A stretch of 64,000 nucleotides of DNA from Clostridia bacterium (GTDB lineage: Bacteria; Bacillota; Clostridia; Monoglobales; Monoglobaceae): assembly GCA_017436245.1 (NCBI GenBank), contig JAFSDN010000088.1, positions 10,075 to 74,074 on the forward strand, in the 5' to 3' direction. The notes under the pieces were generated by a model, which searched no databases, was not told the origin of the DNA, and saw only the letters and a program-made list of their open reading frames with translations. The stretch's first letter is position 1. Every line of letters starts with the position of its first letter. Of the stretch, positions 28,442-38,190 are shown in pieces. The position numbers and the translations under genes are program-made.

Positions 28442-31400
28442 ATGAAAAAGGCACAATATTTTTTGATGACATTGGTATTTGTAATAAACCTGATTACTTT
28501 TCCGGTTTTTGCAGATGATTCGTTTTCGGGCAGAGAGGTGCTTTTCGGGAGCGAGTTTGACAGCTCGGATGAAGTGGACTCTCAGCGAGGTTACACTTCG
28601 GTTGAGGTAAGCGATGGAGTTGCTCAGTTTGTTTACAATCAGAACGCTTCAAATTATATGTATTCAAAAACCTTTGAGGTTGCTGCCGAAGAATGTGATA
28701 TGGTTGCAATAAGAATCAAAAGTCAGGTTGATATGGATACGGTGAAGTTCTATTACACGACAGATGCAGAGCCCGATGCCAGCTCGGACAAGGTTATTAA
28801 CTTTTCGGTTGCGGCATCGGAAGAATGGCAGACCGTGACATTGAATCCTTCCAATGAAGAAAAATGGACAGGAACCGTAAACCGTTACAGACTTACATTT
28901 GATAAGCAAGCGGCAAATACTGTGGAAATAGATTATGTGAGATTCTACGGTGCTGATTCAGAAAATGCAGACAGTGTAATCTGGCCTCAGGCTGATGAGC
29001 TGTACCCCGAACGTAAGCTGCTCAGAAGCAACGAGTTCAACAGTATGTCGGAGCTTGATGTATGGCGTGACGGCTATACATCGGTTACGGTGAAGGACGG
29101 ATATGCACAGTTTAGCTATAAACAGGGGACTTCAAACTATACATATTCGGGAACCTTCAGTATTCCTGCCGATGATTGCGACACAGTTGCAATAAAAATA
29201 AAAAGCGTAGTTGATTTGAGTGCGGTGAATTTTTATTATATGACCGATTCAGAACCCAATGCAAGCGAAACAAAGGTAATTAACTTTGCTGTGCCCGCAT
29301 CGGAGGACTGGCAGCTTATAACCCTTGATACATCGGACGAAGCAAGATGGAAGGGAAATATCACACGTTATCGCTTCAGCTTTGCGGCACCGGGCGACAA
29401 TACTGTGAAAATTGATTTTGTGAGATTTTACAGCAAGGTTTTTCCTGCCTACACCGAAGACGAAAGACAGATTTCCTATGACTTTGATGCGATTAATGAA
29501 GCAGACGGATTTTTGGGAAATGAGAATGTTTCGGACGTTGTGGCATCTGAAGGCGAGCTTTGGGCGAGAGTTATCGGTGCGGATTCCTGTTTTACGGCAT
29601 TGGCTGATTATGAAGCAAAATGTGAGGACATTCCGAGACTTCATATTGCGTATGAAAACAACACCAACGGAACTGCGGGAAAACTGTATTTCACCACCGA
29701 AGAAAATCCCGATTTCAGCGAAGAATGTTTCTTTGCCTTTGAAATATCGGAGAACTCACCGGTTGACTGTGTGATTGATACGGTTGAAAATCCCAACTGG
29801 AAAGGCAAAATCACAGGCTTGCGCTTTGTACCTACTGACGGTGAAGGCTATGTGAAAATTGACTTTTTGCGCCTTGAAAAATTCCCGTGCCAGATTGTTG
29901 TCAGAAACGGTAATGTTGAAATAAGCGGCAATCTTTACGGTATGGCAGGAAAGAACATCGGCTTCTCGGTAAATGATGAAGAAGGGGAAGTTTACAGCGG
30001 AACAGCTCAGACCGATGCTGACGGTGCATACACACTTTCCTTTTCACTTGATAATGCACCCTTTGAACCAATTGTATATAACCTTGAAATCATCGGAGAC
30101 GAGATTGACGGAATATATAAAAGGAAGATTCTGTATGTTTCAGAAGATTATGTGAGCCACGTGATTGAAAAAATAAATGAGGCAAAGAGCAATGAGGATT
30201 GGGAAGAATTGCAGAGTCTCATTGAAGATAATTACGGTGTTTTGTCGCTGAAATGTGAGTTTTTTGAAGATTTTTCTGCAAAGGGCTTGTACCTTGACGA
30301 GCTGTATGCTCTTGTGGTAAGTGACGAAGCCGTGGAGGGCTTGACAGACATTGAAGACCAGCTTGATGAGGCTGTGGTTGGAGTCCGGATAAACCACATG
30401 ACTCCGGAGGAATGGATAGCTGCCGTTGATGAATATGACGAGTATCTGAACTTCAAGACCTTGGTAATATATGAGGTGTACAGCAAGGCAACGGATTCTG
30501 TCAAAGCAGAAATTGCAAAAAGAATGGCTGACAGCAGTTACAATGATTTTGAAGAGGCAAGATTTGAGTTCCGTGAACAGAACATTCTTGTGGGACTTCG
30601 CCGTGCTGTTGGCTGGAAGGATGTAAAAGAAATTATTGATGCCAATGCAGACTTCATTGGAATTGATTTGGATAAGCTGGACAAGGTGAAGAGCGAATCG
30701 GACGTATACCGACGCCTGACAGAAAAGAACTTCTCAAAAATTGAGGAGGTTGAAACAGCCTTTGATGATGCAATTGAGGCTCAGATTGACAAGGAAAAAC
30801 CGTCGGGCTCAGGCGGCTCAGGTGGCTCAGGCGGTTCGGGCGGCAGAGGCTTTGGCGGCGGAGCGGCTTCTGTAAATGCTCCTGTGACGAATCTGAACAA
30901 TTCCCAAAAGGAAGAGGCATCGGCTGATGTGTTTACAGACCTGAACGGCTATGACTGGGCAAAAGAGGCAGTTGGTGCATTGTATGCCCAAAAGATTATC
31001 AACGGCATGGGCAACGGACGTTTTGCACCGTCTGACAGCGTCACCCGTGAAGAATTTGTGAAGATGCTTGTTTTGAAAAGGAAATTAACACTTTCAAATG
31101 ACGCTTCATTTGGCGACGTGGCAAGAGATATGTGGTATGCGCCGTATATCGGTGCTGCGGTGAAAGCCGGAATAACAAAGGGTCAGGGAACTGCCTTTGG
31201 TGTTGGACAGCTTTTGACCCGTCAGGATGCGGCAGTTATGCTTGCAAGAGCCTTTGGAATAAGCGGAGCTGAAAGCTCAATGAATTTCACTGACAATGCT
31301 GAAATTGAGGATTATGCCACAGAGGCGGTGAACCTTTTGACTCAGGCAGGAGTCTTTACGGGCTATGAGGACGGTTCGTTCCGACCCGATGCAAGCCTCA

Positions 31401-31450
31401 GCAGAGCAGAAGCTGCTGTGATTATATTCAGAATTAACGAAAGGATGTAA
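28442..31450 (+). CDS. Secreted SLH-anchored protein with three copies of an unassigned beta-sandwich-like module
   Basis: 1002 aa with signal peptide ...FPVFA/DD. It has three tandem ~150-aa modules ending WTGTVNRYRLTFD..VEIDYVRFYG, WKGNITRYRFSF..VKIDFVRFYS and WKGKITGLRFVP..VKIDFLRLE. These are followed by an Ig/CarboxypepD_reg-like segment, an acidic helical region, a GSGGSGGSGGSGG linker and a C-terminal SLH triad (FTDLNGYDWAKEAVGALYAQKIINGMGNGRFAP...). Confidence 0.8.
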   Translation: MKKAQYFLMTLVFVINLITFPVFADDSFSGREVLFGSEFDSSDEVDSQRGYTSVEVSDGVAQFVYNQNASNYMYSKTFEVAAEECDMVAIRIKSQVDMDTVKFYYTTDAEPDASSDKVINFSVAASEEWQTVTLNPSNEEKWTGTVNRYRLTFDKQAANTVEIDYVRFYGADSENADSVIWPQADELYPERKLLRSNEFNSMSELDVWRDGYTSVTVKDGYAQFSYKQGTSNYTYSGTFSIPADDCDTVAIKIKSVVDLSAVNFYYMTDSEPNASETKVINFAVPASEDWQLITLDTSDEARWKGNITRYRFSFAAPGDNTVKIDFVRFYSKVFPAYTEDERQISYDFDAINEADGFLGNENVSDVVASEGELWARVIGADSCFTALADYEAKCEDIPRLHIAYENNTNGTAGKLYFTTEENPDFSEECFFAFEISENSPVDCVIDTVENPNWKGKITGLRFVPTDGEGYVKIDFLRLEKFPCQIVVRNGNVEISGNLYGMAGKNIGFSVNDEEGEVYSGTAQTDADGAYTLSFSLDNAPFEPIVYNLEIIGDEIDGIYKRKILYVSEDYVSHVIEKINEAKSNEDWEELQSLIEDNYGVLSLKCEFFEDFSAKGLYLDELYALVVSDEAVEGLTDIEDQLDEAVVGVRINHMTPEEWIAAVDEYDEYLNFKTLVIYEVYSKATDSVKAEIAKRMADSSYNDFEEARFEFREQNILVGLRRAVGWKDVKEIIDANADFIGIDLDKLDKVKSESDVYRRLTEKNFSKIEEVETAFDDAIEAQIDKEKPSGSGGSGGSGGSGGRGFGGGAASVNAPVTNLNNSQKEEASADVFTDLNGYDWAKEAVGALYAQKIINGMGNGRFAPSDSVTREEFVKMLVLKRKLTLSNDASFGDVARDMWYAPYIGAAVKAGITKGQGTAFGVGQLLTRQDAAVMLARAFGISGAESSMNFTDNAEIEDYATEAVNLLTQAGVFTGYEDGSFRPDASLSRAEAAVIIFRINERM

Positions 31451-31452
31451 GT

Positions 31453-34095
31453 GTGATGCGAATGAGTTTTGGTATGAGAATTGTTGCTTCGGTTTTGGTT
31501 TTTGTGCTTTTTGTATCTTGTTTGGGCGTTATGGCAGAGGATATTTATACCGAATCTGATTTGTCCGACTTCAAGGAGAATGTTCGGTTTTTGACTGCCT
31601 TTGATTTGGTTGACAGTAAGGGCAGAGAGGCGGCAACAACCGTTAAACGTGCTGACTTTGCCGAAATTATGATTAAGTATCTGGGTTATGACAACATGAT
31701 ATATGACGGAGAGCTTTTTTCGGATGTTGCTGACAGAAAAAGTGCTGTGTATACCATGGTTCAGCTTGGCTTGATAAACGGATACCCCGACGGGAGCTTT
31801 CGTCCCGACGACAATGTGATGTATGAAGAAGTGGTCAAGGTTTTGGTTACGGCATTGGGCTATCATATGAAGGCAGAGGCTGAAGGCGGTTATCCCCACG
31901 GTTATCTGATGTGTGCATCCACAACCAAGCTCACAGAGGACACCGACGGAGGACTTGGCTCAATTCTTACATATTTTGATTTTGTGCAAATGCTGGTTAA
32001 TGGAATGTCGGTTGACCTGATGGAGCAAAGCATCAGCTCGGACAACGTGACATACACCGTGACACCCGGCAACACATGGCTGAAACAACGTTTTATGGCG
32101 GAAAAACGCCGTGGAATTGTTACCGGAACAAAGGGTGTGGACCTGAACGAGCAGAGCAAGACATGGGAAACGACAATCACTGTTGATAATGTTATTTATA
32201 AAATTGAAGAAGATTGTGAGCATCTTGTTGGCTGTTATGTTGAGTTTTATCCTGATAACGAAAACTATATCAGATATATAAAGGAGCTGGACAACACAAA
32301 ATTTGTGTTTACGGCAGAAGAAATTCAGAGTTATTCGGACAAAACCTATGAGGTGTATGACATTGCGGCAAACAAGGAACGCAAGTATACGCTGGCATCG
32401 GATGCGTATGTCGTATTCAACGGCAGTTCGGCAGAAAGCCTGACCATTGAGGACATGATTCCAAAGTACGGAACCGTGACCCTCATCAACAACGATAAGG
32501 AAAGTGCTTTTGACGTTGTTATTATTGAGAGTTACGACATTTATGTGGTAAAAAATGTGGATGCTGAGGACAAAAGAATTTATTATGAAAATTCGGACGG
32601 AGAATTTCTTGACTTTGCAAAGGCAGAGAGATTGAGTATTGCAGATTCAACGGGCAAGGAGATTCTCTTTGAAAAGATTCCTGCATCAGCGGTTCTGAGA
32701 GTTAGTTTTTCAAAGGACGGCACAGCGGCAAAAATAATTATCAGCCAGAGTCGTGTTAACGGCACGGTTACAAAGATTGTAAGCGACGGTGCGGACAGCA
32801 GTGTGTTTATTGATGATGTGCCGTATAAAATTGCACAAACCGTGTTCCCATTGGAAAAATGCAAAATCGGCATGAGCGGAACATTCAGACTGGATTCGGA
32901 AGGTCTCATTGTTAAGTTTGAGGAATCAGCAGACAAATATTCGGTTGGCTGGTTGCTTTCGGCAGGGATTGAGGAGGGCTTTAATCAGCCCTTAAAGCTG
33001 AGAGTGTTTGATGTTTCGGGACAGATTCTTGTTCTGAATACGGCAAAAAAGGTTAACATTGACGGATTAAAGGGCAGAAATTATGCAGAAGTTCAGGAAA
33101 TTCTGAAAAAAGGCACAAACAGCATTATGCAGCAGATGATACGCTTCAAGCAAAATGCTTCGGGCGAGGTTTATGAAATTGACACGCCATATAACAATGC
33201 TCCTGCTCTGGGCGACGGTTATCTGTCGGCAAAGCCCGAAAACGGCGAAAGTGAGTATGGCTTCAGACTCATTTATTCGGGAAGTCTGGGTTATTATGCA
33301 AGGCTCAATACCTTGGGCGGAAGAATAAATGTTTCAGGCAATACACCGATTATAAATATTTTTGGCGATGATGAAAGAGACTGGAAAGCAACAACCGTTG
33401 CAGGACTTACCGACACCAGAGGCTACAACATCAAGGCATATTCATTTGGTACTGACGAAAGATTTGCAAGTGTGATTTTTATTAGCGAAAGTATGTCGGG
33501 CGGAAATGCAAGAGGCGTTATTTCAGGTGTTGAAACCGTCCTTGATATTGACGGAATTCCTGAATATGAATTTGTTGTTCAAACACAAACACACGGCACT
33601 TTGCATTTGCGTTCCAAAGAAAATGTTGCAAAACCTTATAAAGCCGATGCAAGTAACACAAAGAAGTATGCAATTGAAGTCGGCGACATTGTTGAGTGTA
33701 CATTTACGGGCAACAATGCAGATTCCTTTGCGATGATTTACAAGTATAGTACGGGTGAGCTTCCTGCAGGATATACAAGTTCGCCGGGAATAGGTCCGGG
33801 AGAAGCTCATGAAAGATATTCCTTTGGTACAGTATACTCTCAGGAAAAAGGCTATATCAATATCACAAATGTGGATTTGGCAGGCGGAGCTGTTCCCACG
33901 CAGGAACAGCTTGAGTCACATTGCTGGTCGGCATTTACGATGATGAAGGTTGAAGAGGTCCGTGGCGAAGTTAAGGTGACAAATTCGGTGACAGCGGCGG
34001 ATATTCTGGATTATAAAGCTGCCGGAAGTGCGGCATCAAAAGCATTTGTTGTGACAAACTGGGAATTCCCGAGATTTATTGTTATTTATGAATAG
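31453..34095 (+). CDS. SLH-domain surface protein, paralog of the 21684-24548 product
   Basis: 880 aa with a signal peptide and N-terminal SLH repeats (FSDVADRKSAVYTMVQLGLINGYPDGSFRPDD). It shares a GGYPxGY motif and colinear downstream blocks with the other protein (e.g. AYVVFNGSS...KYGTVTLINNDKESAFDVVII versus PVYIYNGKF...KTGNLILLDTDVNNVYDIVFV). The start is GTG 31453 or ATG 31456. Confidence 0.8.
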   Translation: MMRMSFGMRIVASVLVFVLFVSCLGVMAEDIYTESDLSDFKENVRFLTAFDLVDSKGREAATTVKRADFAEIMIKYLGYDNMIYDGELFSDVADRKSAVYTMVQLGLINGYPDGSFRPDDNVMYEEVVKVLVTALGYHMKAEAEGGYPHGYLMCASTTKLTEDTDGGLGSILTYFDFVQMLVNGMSVDLMEQSISSDNVTYTVTPGNTWLKQRFMAEKRRGIVTGTKGVDLNEQSKTWETTITVDNVIYKIEEDCEHLVGCYVEFYPDNENYIRYIKELDNTKFVFTAEEIQSYSDKTYEVYDIAANKERKYTLASDAYVVFNGSSAESLTIEDMIPKYGTVTLINNDKESAFDVVIIESYDIYVVKNVDAEDKRIYYENSDGEFLDFAKAERLSIADSTGKEILFEKIPASAVLRVSFSKDGTAAKIIISQSRVNGTVTKIVSDGADSSVFIDDVPYKIAQTVFPLEKCKIGMSGTFRLDSEGLIVKFEESADKYSVGWLLSAGIEEGFNQPLKLRVFDVSGQILVLNTAKKVNIDGLKGRNYAEVQEILKKGTNSIMQQMIRFKQNASGEVYEIDTPYNNAPALGDGYLSAKPENGESEYGFRLIYSGSLGYYARLNTLGGRINVSGNTPIINIFGDDERDWKATTVAGLTDTRGYNIKAYSFGTDERFASVIFISESMSGGNARGVISGVETVLDIDGIPEYEFVVQTQTHGTLHLRSKENVAKPYKADASNTKKYAIEVGDIVECTFTGNNADSFAMIYKYSTGELPAGYTSSPGIGPGEAHERYSFGTVYSQEKGYINITNVDLAGGAVPTQEQLESHCWSAFTMMKVEEVRGEVKVTNSVTAADILDYKAAGSAASKAFVVTNWEFPRFIVIYE

Positions 34096-34105
34096 GAGGA
34101 ATAAG

Positions 34106-37100
34106 ATGAAAAGGCTTTTCAAAAAGATAGTTTTATTTTGTTTGACAGCGTTGCTCCTGATTGAAAATCTGCCTGTTTTTGCGGATATCCAAATCAGCGG
34201 CGAACAGGATGATATGACGGTTAAAACCTATATTTATGACAGTTTTACCTTCCCCATTTCTTTGAACGGAGATGTACGCTATTCGGGTTGGGATTTGAAC
34301 CGAATCGGAGGCGAATCTGTTGAGGGAGTTCCAATGCGTTTGAAGGACACAAGTCCCATTTTGCCCGTTGAGGCAAAGCGTGAGCTGGAACCTATTACCT
34401 TTGGTGAGGTTGAACTTGATTTTCATATTTCGGCAATCAGCCTGATGAATGATTCGTATTTCGGATTACGTACAGGAACAGACTGTGCCATAAATTTTGG
34501 TTTTGACAAGGAATATCTCTGGACGGAGGGTTCGGGAGAACGTCAGAACCTGCTTCGCTACAAAACAGGTGTTACCTATGCAGTAAAAACGCTTATTCAT
34601 ATGGAAAAAAAGACCTTTGATGTGAGTGTTGACGGCAAGCTGTGTGCGGAGGGAGTGCCCTTTGATGAGGAGTTTTTTGATAACTTCTTTGTGAGCACAG
34701 GCAACGAAACCGTGGGACAGCTTAATCTGGAGTACATATATATTACCCGCGGTTACTGGGTTAATGAGCTGTTTAATATGAGCCATTCCTGCCTGCCCCA
34801 TGACTGGAGCCTGAAAACTGTGGATGCTTTGGGCAGACCCATTGCGTCGGACGAAGGCGTGCAGGGCAAGGGCTACTTTGAGGTGGTGAGTCGAAACGGC
34901 AATACGGTGCTTTCAAAGAGCTTTGATGCACAAAGTGATGACTTCACCTTTGATTTTCAGATGAATATTCCAAAGTTCCGTGACGGTATTGAAATTGCGT
35001 TGAAGGGCGGCGATGAAGAAGTCCTGAAAATCTCAGCCGACAAAACAAGCTTTTATTATACCGACAAAGCAGGTAACCCTGTGAGCTTTTATGATTATAA
35101 GGACAACATTTGGTATACCTTCAAGGCAAAGGTGAATTTCAGCAGAAAAACCTTTGATTTGAAGCTCAACGGAAAGGTGATCAAGGAGAATATTCCTCTC
35201 AATGCATCGGCGGCTTCGGTTGATACCCTTGAAGTATCAAGCAAAAAGTCTGAAAACTCATTCTTCTTTGACAATGCAAAGCTTTATCCTCAGGAGCATT
35301 TTGAGGATTATGTTCCCGAACCCAAGGTTGCCGAGAGCAAGGGCGTTGACATTGGTATGCAGCATTGTCCTTTGTGGTGGAACGGCTATCATGCAGGATG
35401 GGACTGGGTTAATGATTCGGATTACCGTGTTCCTGTAAACGGCTTTTATGATGAGTCAAGCCCCGAGCTTTGGGACTGGGATCTCAAGTATATGTCCGAG
35501 CATGGTGTGGACTTTATCTGGTACTGCTGGTATAAGATGGCAAATGAGGGTGACCCCATTCACCCTGCTGATGACCAGCCTGCTTTGCAGGAGGGATATT
35601 TTGAAGCAAAGTATTCCGACAAGGTGAAGTTTGCCCTGATGTTTGAAAACGGTTATGTTAAAGACCCCTTTGGCATTGACCAGGCACTTAACACGGAAAG
35701 GTTTTTGGAGGATGTTGCACGTTACTGGCTTGAATATTTCTTCAAGGACCCCCGCTATTATACAGTTGAGGGCAGACCCTTAATCAGCTTCTATGACCCG
35801 TGGAATTTCAGTGCATATTTTGGCGGTCATGGAAAACAGTTTATAGAAAGTCTTGGGGATATGTGTGAGGCAGAAGGCATCGGCAGACCCCTTGTTGTGT
35901 TCTCTCACAGAGGAATGGCGTATTCCGATATGGCGGCAATGAATCCCGACAGCGCGGTGTACTGGTACAGCATGGGTTCATGGCCCAACGATGCAATAGA
36001 TGCAAGTCTTACCAATTACAAAAATGTAACAGGCGCAGGCTTGGGTTATATTCCCACAATCTCCAACGGCTTTGACAGATATGCATGGAATCAGCATGAA
36101 ACAGGTGTATTTTATGATAACGACGACATGAAGCGTGCTCTGGAAAGATACCGTGATGAGATTCTGACCTTGCCCAACAAGTTCAAAACTCCCATTGTGA
36201 TGCTTAGTACATGGAACGAATACGGCGAGGGGCATATCTTTGCACCCACAACATGGAACGGCTTTGGTTATCTTGACGCTGTGCGTGAGGTCTTCACCGA
36301 TGCAGGCGAGCATGATGATATTACTCCAACTGAGCATCAGCTTGACCGTTTCAACAACAACTATCCCCACAACAGAAATACTCTTGACCGTGAGGTGGAT
36401 GTGGGCAGAGTTCCCGATGAAAATGCCTATGAAAAATATAAATGGGATTTTGATGATTCAAATAAACCCGGCTGGAAGGTAACGGTTGCAAATGATTCGT
36501 CCATTACGGACGGGGTGCTGAAGATGACTGCAGGAGGCGGTCAGGTTCAGCTTTCACTCACCGACAGCGGCATTGACACAGCAGAGGTAACTCACATAAA
36601 GCTGAGAGTGAAAAACAGCGGTTCATGCGACAACACAAAGGTTCAGATTGCAACTAATTTTGAAAAGGTTCATGCGGGACACGCAATTAACAACGGCATT
36701 ACTCCCAACATGGAGGATTTCACGGATTATTACATTTCAGTGGGCAAGTATCCTGCTTTCTGGCGAGGAATCCTTGAAAGCCTGACAATTGATTTCAATG
36801 CAACAAAAAAGGGCGATACCGTTGAAATTGATTCCATTGCATTTATGGCGTTGCCTCAAGAGGGTGATGTGACCCTTTCAATAAACAAGTATACCGAAAA
36901 GGTTAATGCAGTTTTCCGAGACGGCTTGCCAATGCTTCATCTCCGCAAGGCTGTTGATGCACACGGAACCTTCAGCGAGGCAGACCCCAAAATCCATTGG
37001 GAGGCTGAAACTAACAAGGTGTATGTGCGAAAGGGTGCATCTGTCCTTGAATTTGTGCCGGGTGAGGCAGAGGTAATCTGCAACGGCAAAGCGTATAATC

Positions 37101-38173
37101 TGCCCAACTCTTCCGAGCTTATTGACGGAGTTACATATGTTAATGCAGAAATAATCTCTCTTGCATTCAGCGAAAATGTTGTCTGGGATGAGGAGCAAAA
37201 GATTATGACTCTAACCGACAACACAAAGGAAGTGGAGCTGGTTCGTCCCGTAAGCGAGCGCAAGCTCCTCTGGTCGCATGAGATGGACAGCATGACAGGA
37301 ATAACATATTATCTGAATATGAATTCAGCAGGTATGTCTGACGGCGTATGGAACTATGTTACAACAACGGGCGATCCGCAGTTTTATACATCTATTACTC
37401 CAAACCTTAAGTGTGAGGAAGCAAAGTACATAGCAATTGGTTTGAAGGTTGATAAATCATCCATGATGGACTTCTACTTTGAAACTGTTGAAAACCCCGG
37501 CTGGTCGGAGGGCAAGGTGTTCAATTTGGGAGGTTCGGTTTCATCTGATATTGTGGAGTATGTCATTGATACATCACTTTCCAACTCGTGGACAGGAAAC
37601 CTAAAGACCATAAGATTTGATGCATCTTCTATGCGTGACACAAACTGTTCGGTTGACTATATCAGAATATATGGTGATTATGAATATGAGCTGACTCAGG
37701 AGGACATTATTCAGCGTTACGACACACGTGTGACTGCAGGTGATGAAATTATCTGGAATTTTGACCTGAACAATAACCGTGACGGCTGGGTTGGCAGCAA
37801 ATCCTTGGCAAATCTCACAACCGCTGCAGGGCGACTTAATGCGGATATAATCGACAAAAAGCCTTTCTTTGAAACAGCGGCTCAGAGCCTTGAACTTTCG
37901 GCGGATGAGTACAAAACTCTGGAAATCTGTTTGAAGAACACAAGCGGCGGCAAGACGGCAAAGGTATATTTCATAACAGAAGATTCAAAGGATTGGTCGG
38001 AAGACAAGAGCTTTGAAATTTCACTTTTGCAGAACGATATTGCAGGGGTTGTTTACAAGATAAATGCTTTTGAAAACGAGGCATGGAAAGGCGGCCTGAA
38101 AGGACTGAGAATTGTTCCCACAGATGTTACGGAAGGTTCGGTGTGTATTGATTTTGTAAAGCTGAAAAAGTGA
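34106..38173 (+). CDS. Giant secreted multidomain protein with a WbsX/GH99-like TIM-barrel domain
   Basis: The start was set at ATG 34106 (MKRLFKKIVLFCLTALLL..VFA/D) after AGGAGGA. The N-terminal region of about 400 aa looks beta-sandwich-like (LamG/ConA-like, low confidence). The central domain, about nt 35340-36300, has the motif order CPLWWNGYHAGWDW...GFYDESSPE...EHGVDFIWYCWY...STWNEYGEGHIF...GFGYLDAV, which matches my recollection of PF14307 (WbsX)/GH99-like proteins. Three copies of the W-x-G...ID-[YF]-[IV]-R module and one Cu-amine-oxidase-N-like stalk segment follow. Confidence 0.75.
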   Translation: MKRLFKKIVLFCLTALLLIENLPVFADIQISGEQDDMTVKTYIYDSFTFPISLNGDVRYSGWDLNRIGGESVEGVPMRLKDTSPILPVEAKRELEPITFGEVELDFHISAISLMNDSYFGLRTGTDCAINFGFDKEYLWTEGSGERQNLLRYKTGVTYAVKTLIHMEKKTFDVSVDGKLCAEGVPFDEEFFDNFFVSTGNETVGQLNLEYIYITRGYWVNELFNMSHSCLPHDWSLKTVDALGRPIASDEGVQGKGYFEVVSRNGNTVLSKSFDAQSDDFTFDFQMNIPKFRDGIEIALKGGDEEVLKISADKTSFYYTDKAGNPVSFYDYKDNIWYTFKAKVNFSRKTFDLKLNGKVIKENIPLNASAASVDTLEVSSKKSENSFFFDNAKLYPQEHFEDYVPEPKVAESKGVDIGMQHCPLWWNGYHAGWDWVNDSDYRVPVNGFYDESSPELWDWDLKYMSEHGVDFIWYCWYKMANEGDPIHPADDQPALQEGYFEAKYSDKVKFALMFENGYVKDPFGIDQALNTERFLEDVARYWLEYFFKDPRYYTVEGRPLISFYDPWNFSAYFGGHGKQFIESLGDMCEAEGIGRPLVVFSHRGMAYSDMAAMNPDSAVYWYSMGSWPNDAIDASLTNYKNVTGAGLGYIPTISNGFDRYAWNQHETGVFYDNDDMKRALERYRDEILTLPNKFKTPIVMLSTWNEYGEGHIFAPTTWNGFGYLDAVREVFTDAGEHDDITPTEHQLDRFNNNYPHNRNTLDREVDVGRVPDENAYEKYKWDFDDSNKPGWKVTVANDSSITDGVLKMTAGGGQVQLSLTDSGIDTAEVTHIKLRVKNSGSCDNTKVQIATNFEKVHAGHAINNGITPNMEDFTDYYISVGKYPAFWRGILESLTIDFNATKKGDTVEIDSIAFMALPQEGDVTLSINKYTEKVNAVFRDGLPMLHLRKAVDAHGTFSEADPKIHWEAETNKVYVRKGASVLEFVPGEAEVICNGKAYNLPNSSELIDGVTYVNAEIISLAFSENVVWDEEQKIMTLTDNTKEVELVRPVSERKLLWSHEMDSMTGITYYLNMNSAGMSDGVWNYVTTTGDPQFYTSITPNLKCEEAKYIAIGLKVDKSSMMDFYFETVENPGWSEGKVFNLGGSVSSDIVEYVIDTSLSNSWTGNLKTIRFDASSMRDTNCSVDYIRIYGDYEYELTQEDIIQRYDTRVTAGDEIIWNFDLNNNRDGWVGSKSLANLTTAAGRLNADIIDKKPFFETAAQSLELSADEYKTLEICLKNTSGGKTAKVYFITEDSKDWSEDKSFEISLLQNDIAGVVYKINAFENEAWKGGLKGLRIVPTDVTEGSVCIDFVKLKK

Positions 38174-38190
38174 GTGTTAAGATTTAAAAG

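Noticed and set aside
30803-30862. Short tandem repeats considered as a possible CRISPR or VNTR array
   Set aside because: The repeats are 9-nt units inside a coding frame and encode a Gly/Ser linker. There is no spacer structure, so this is not CRISPR.
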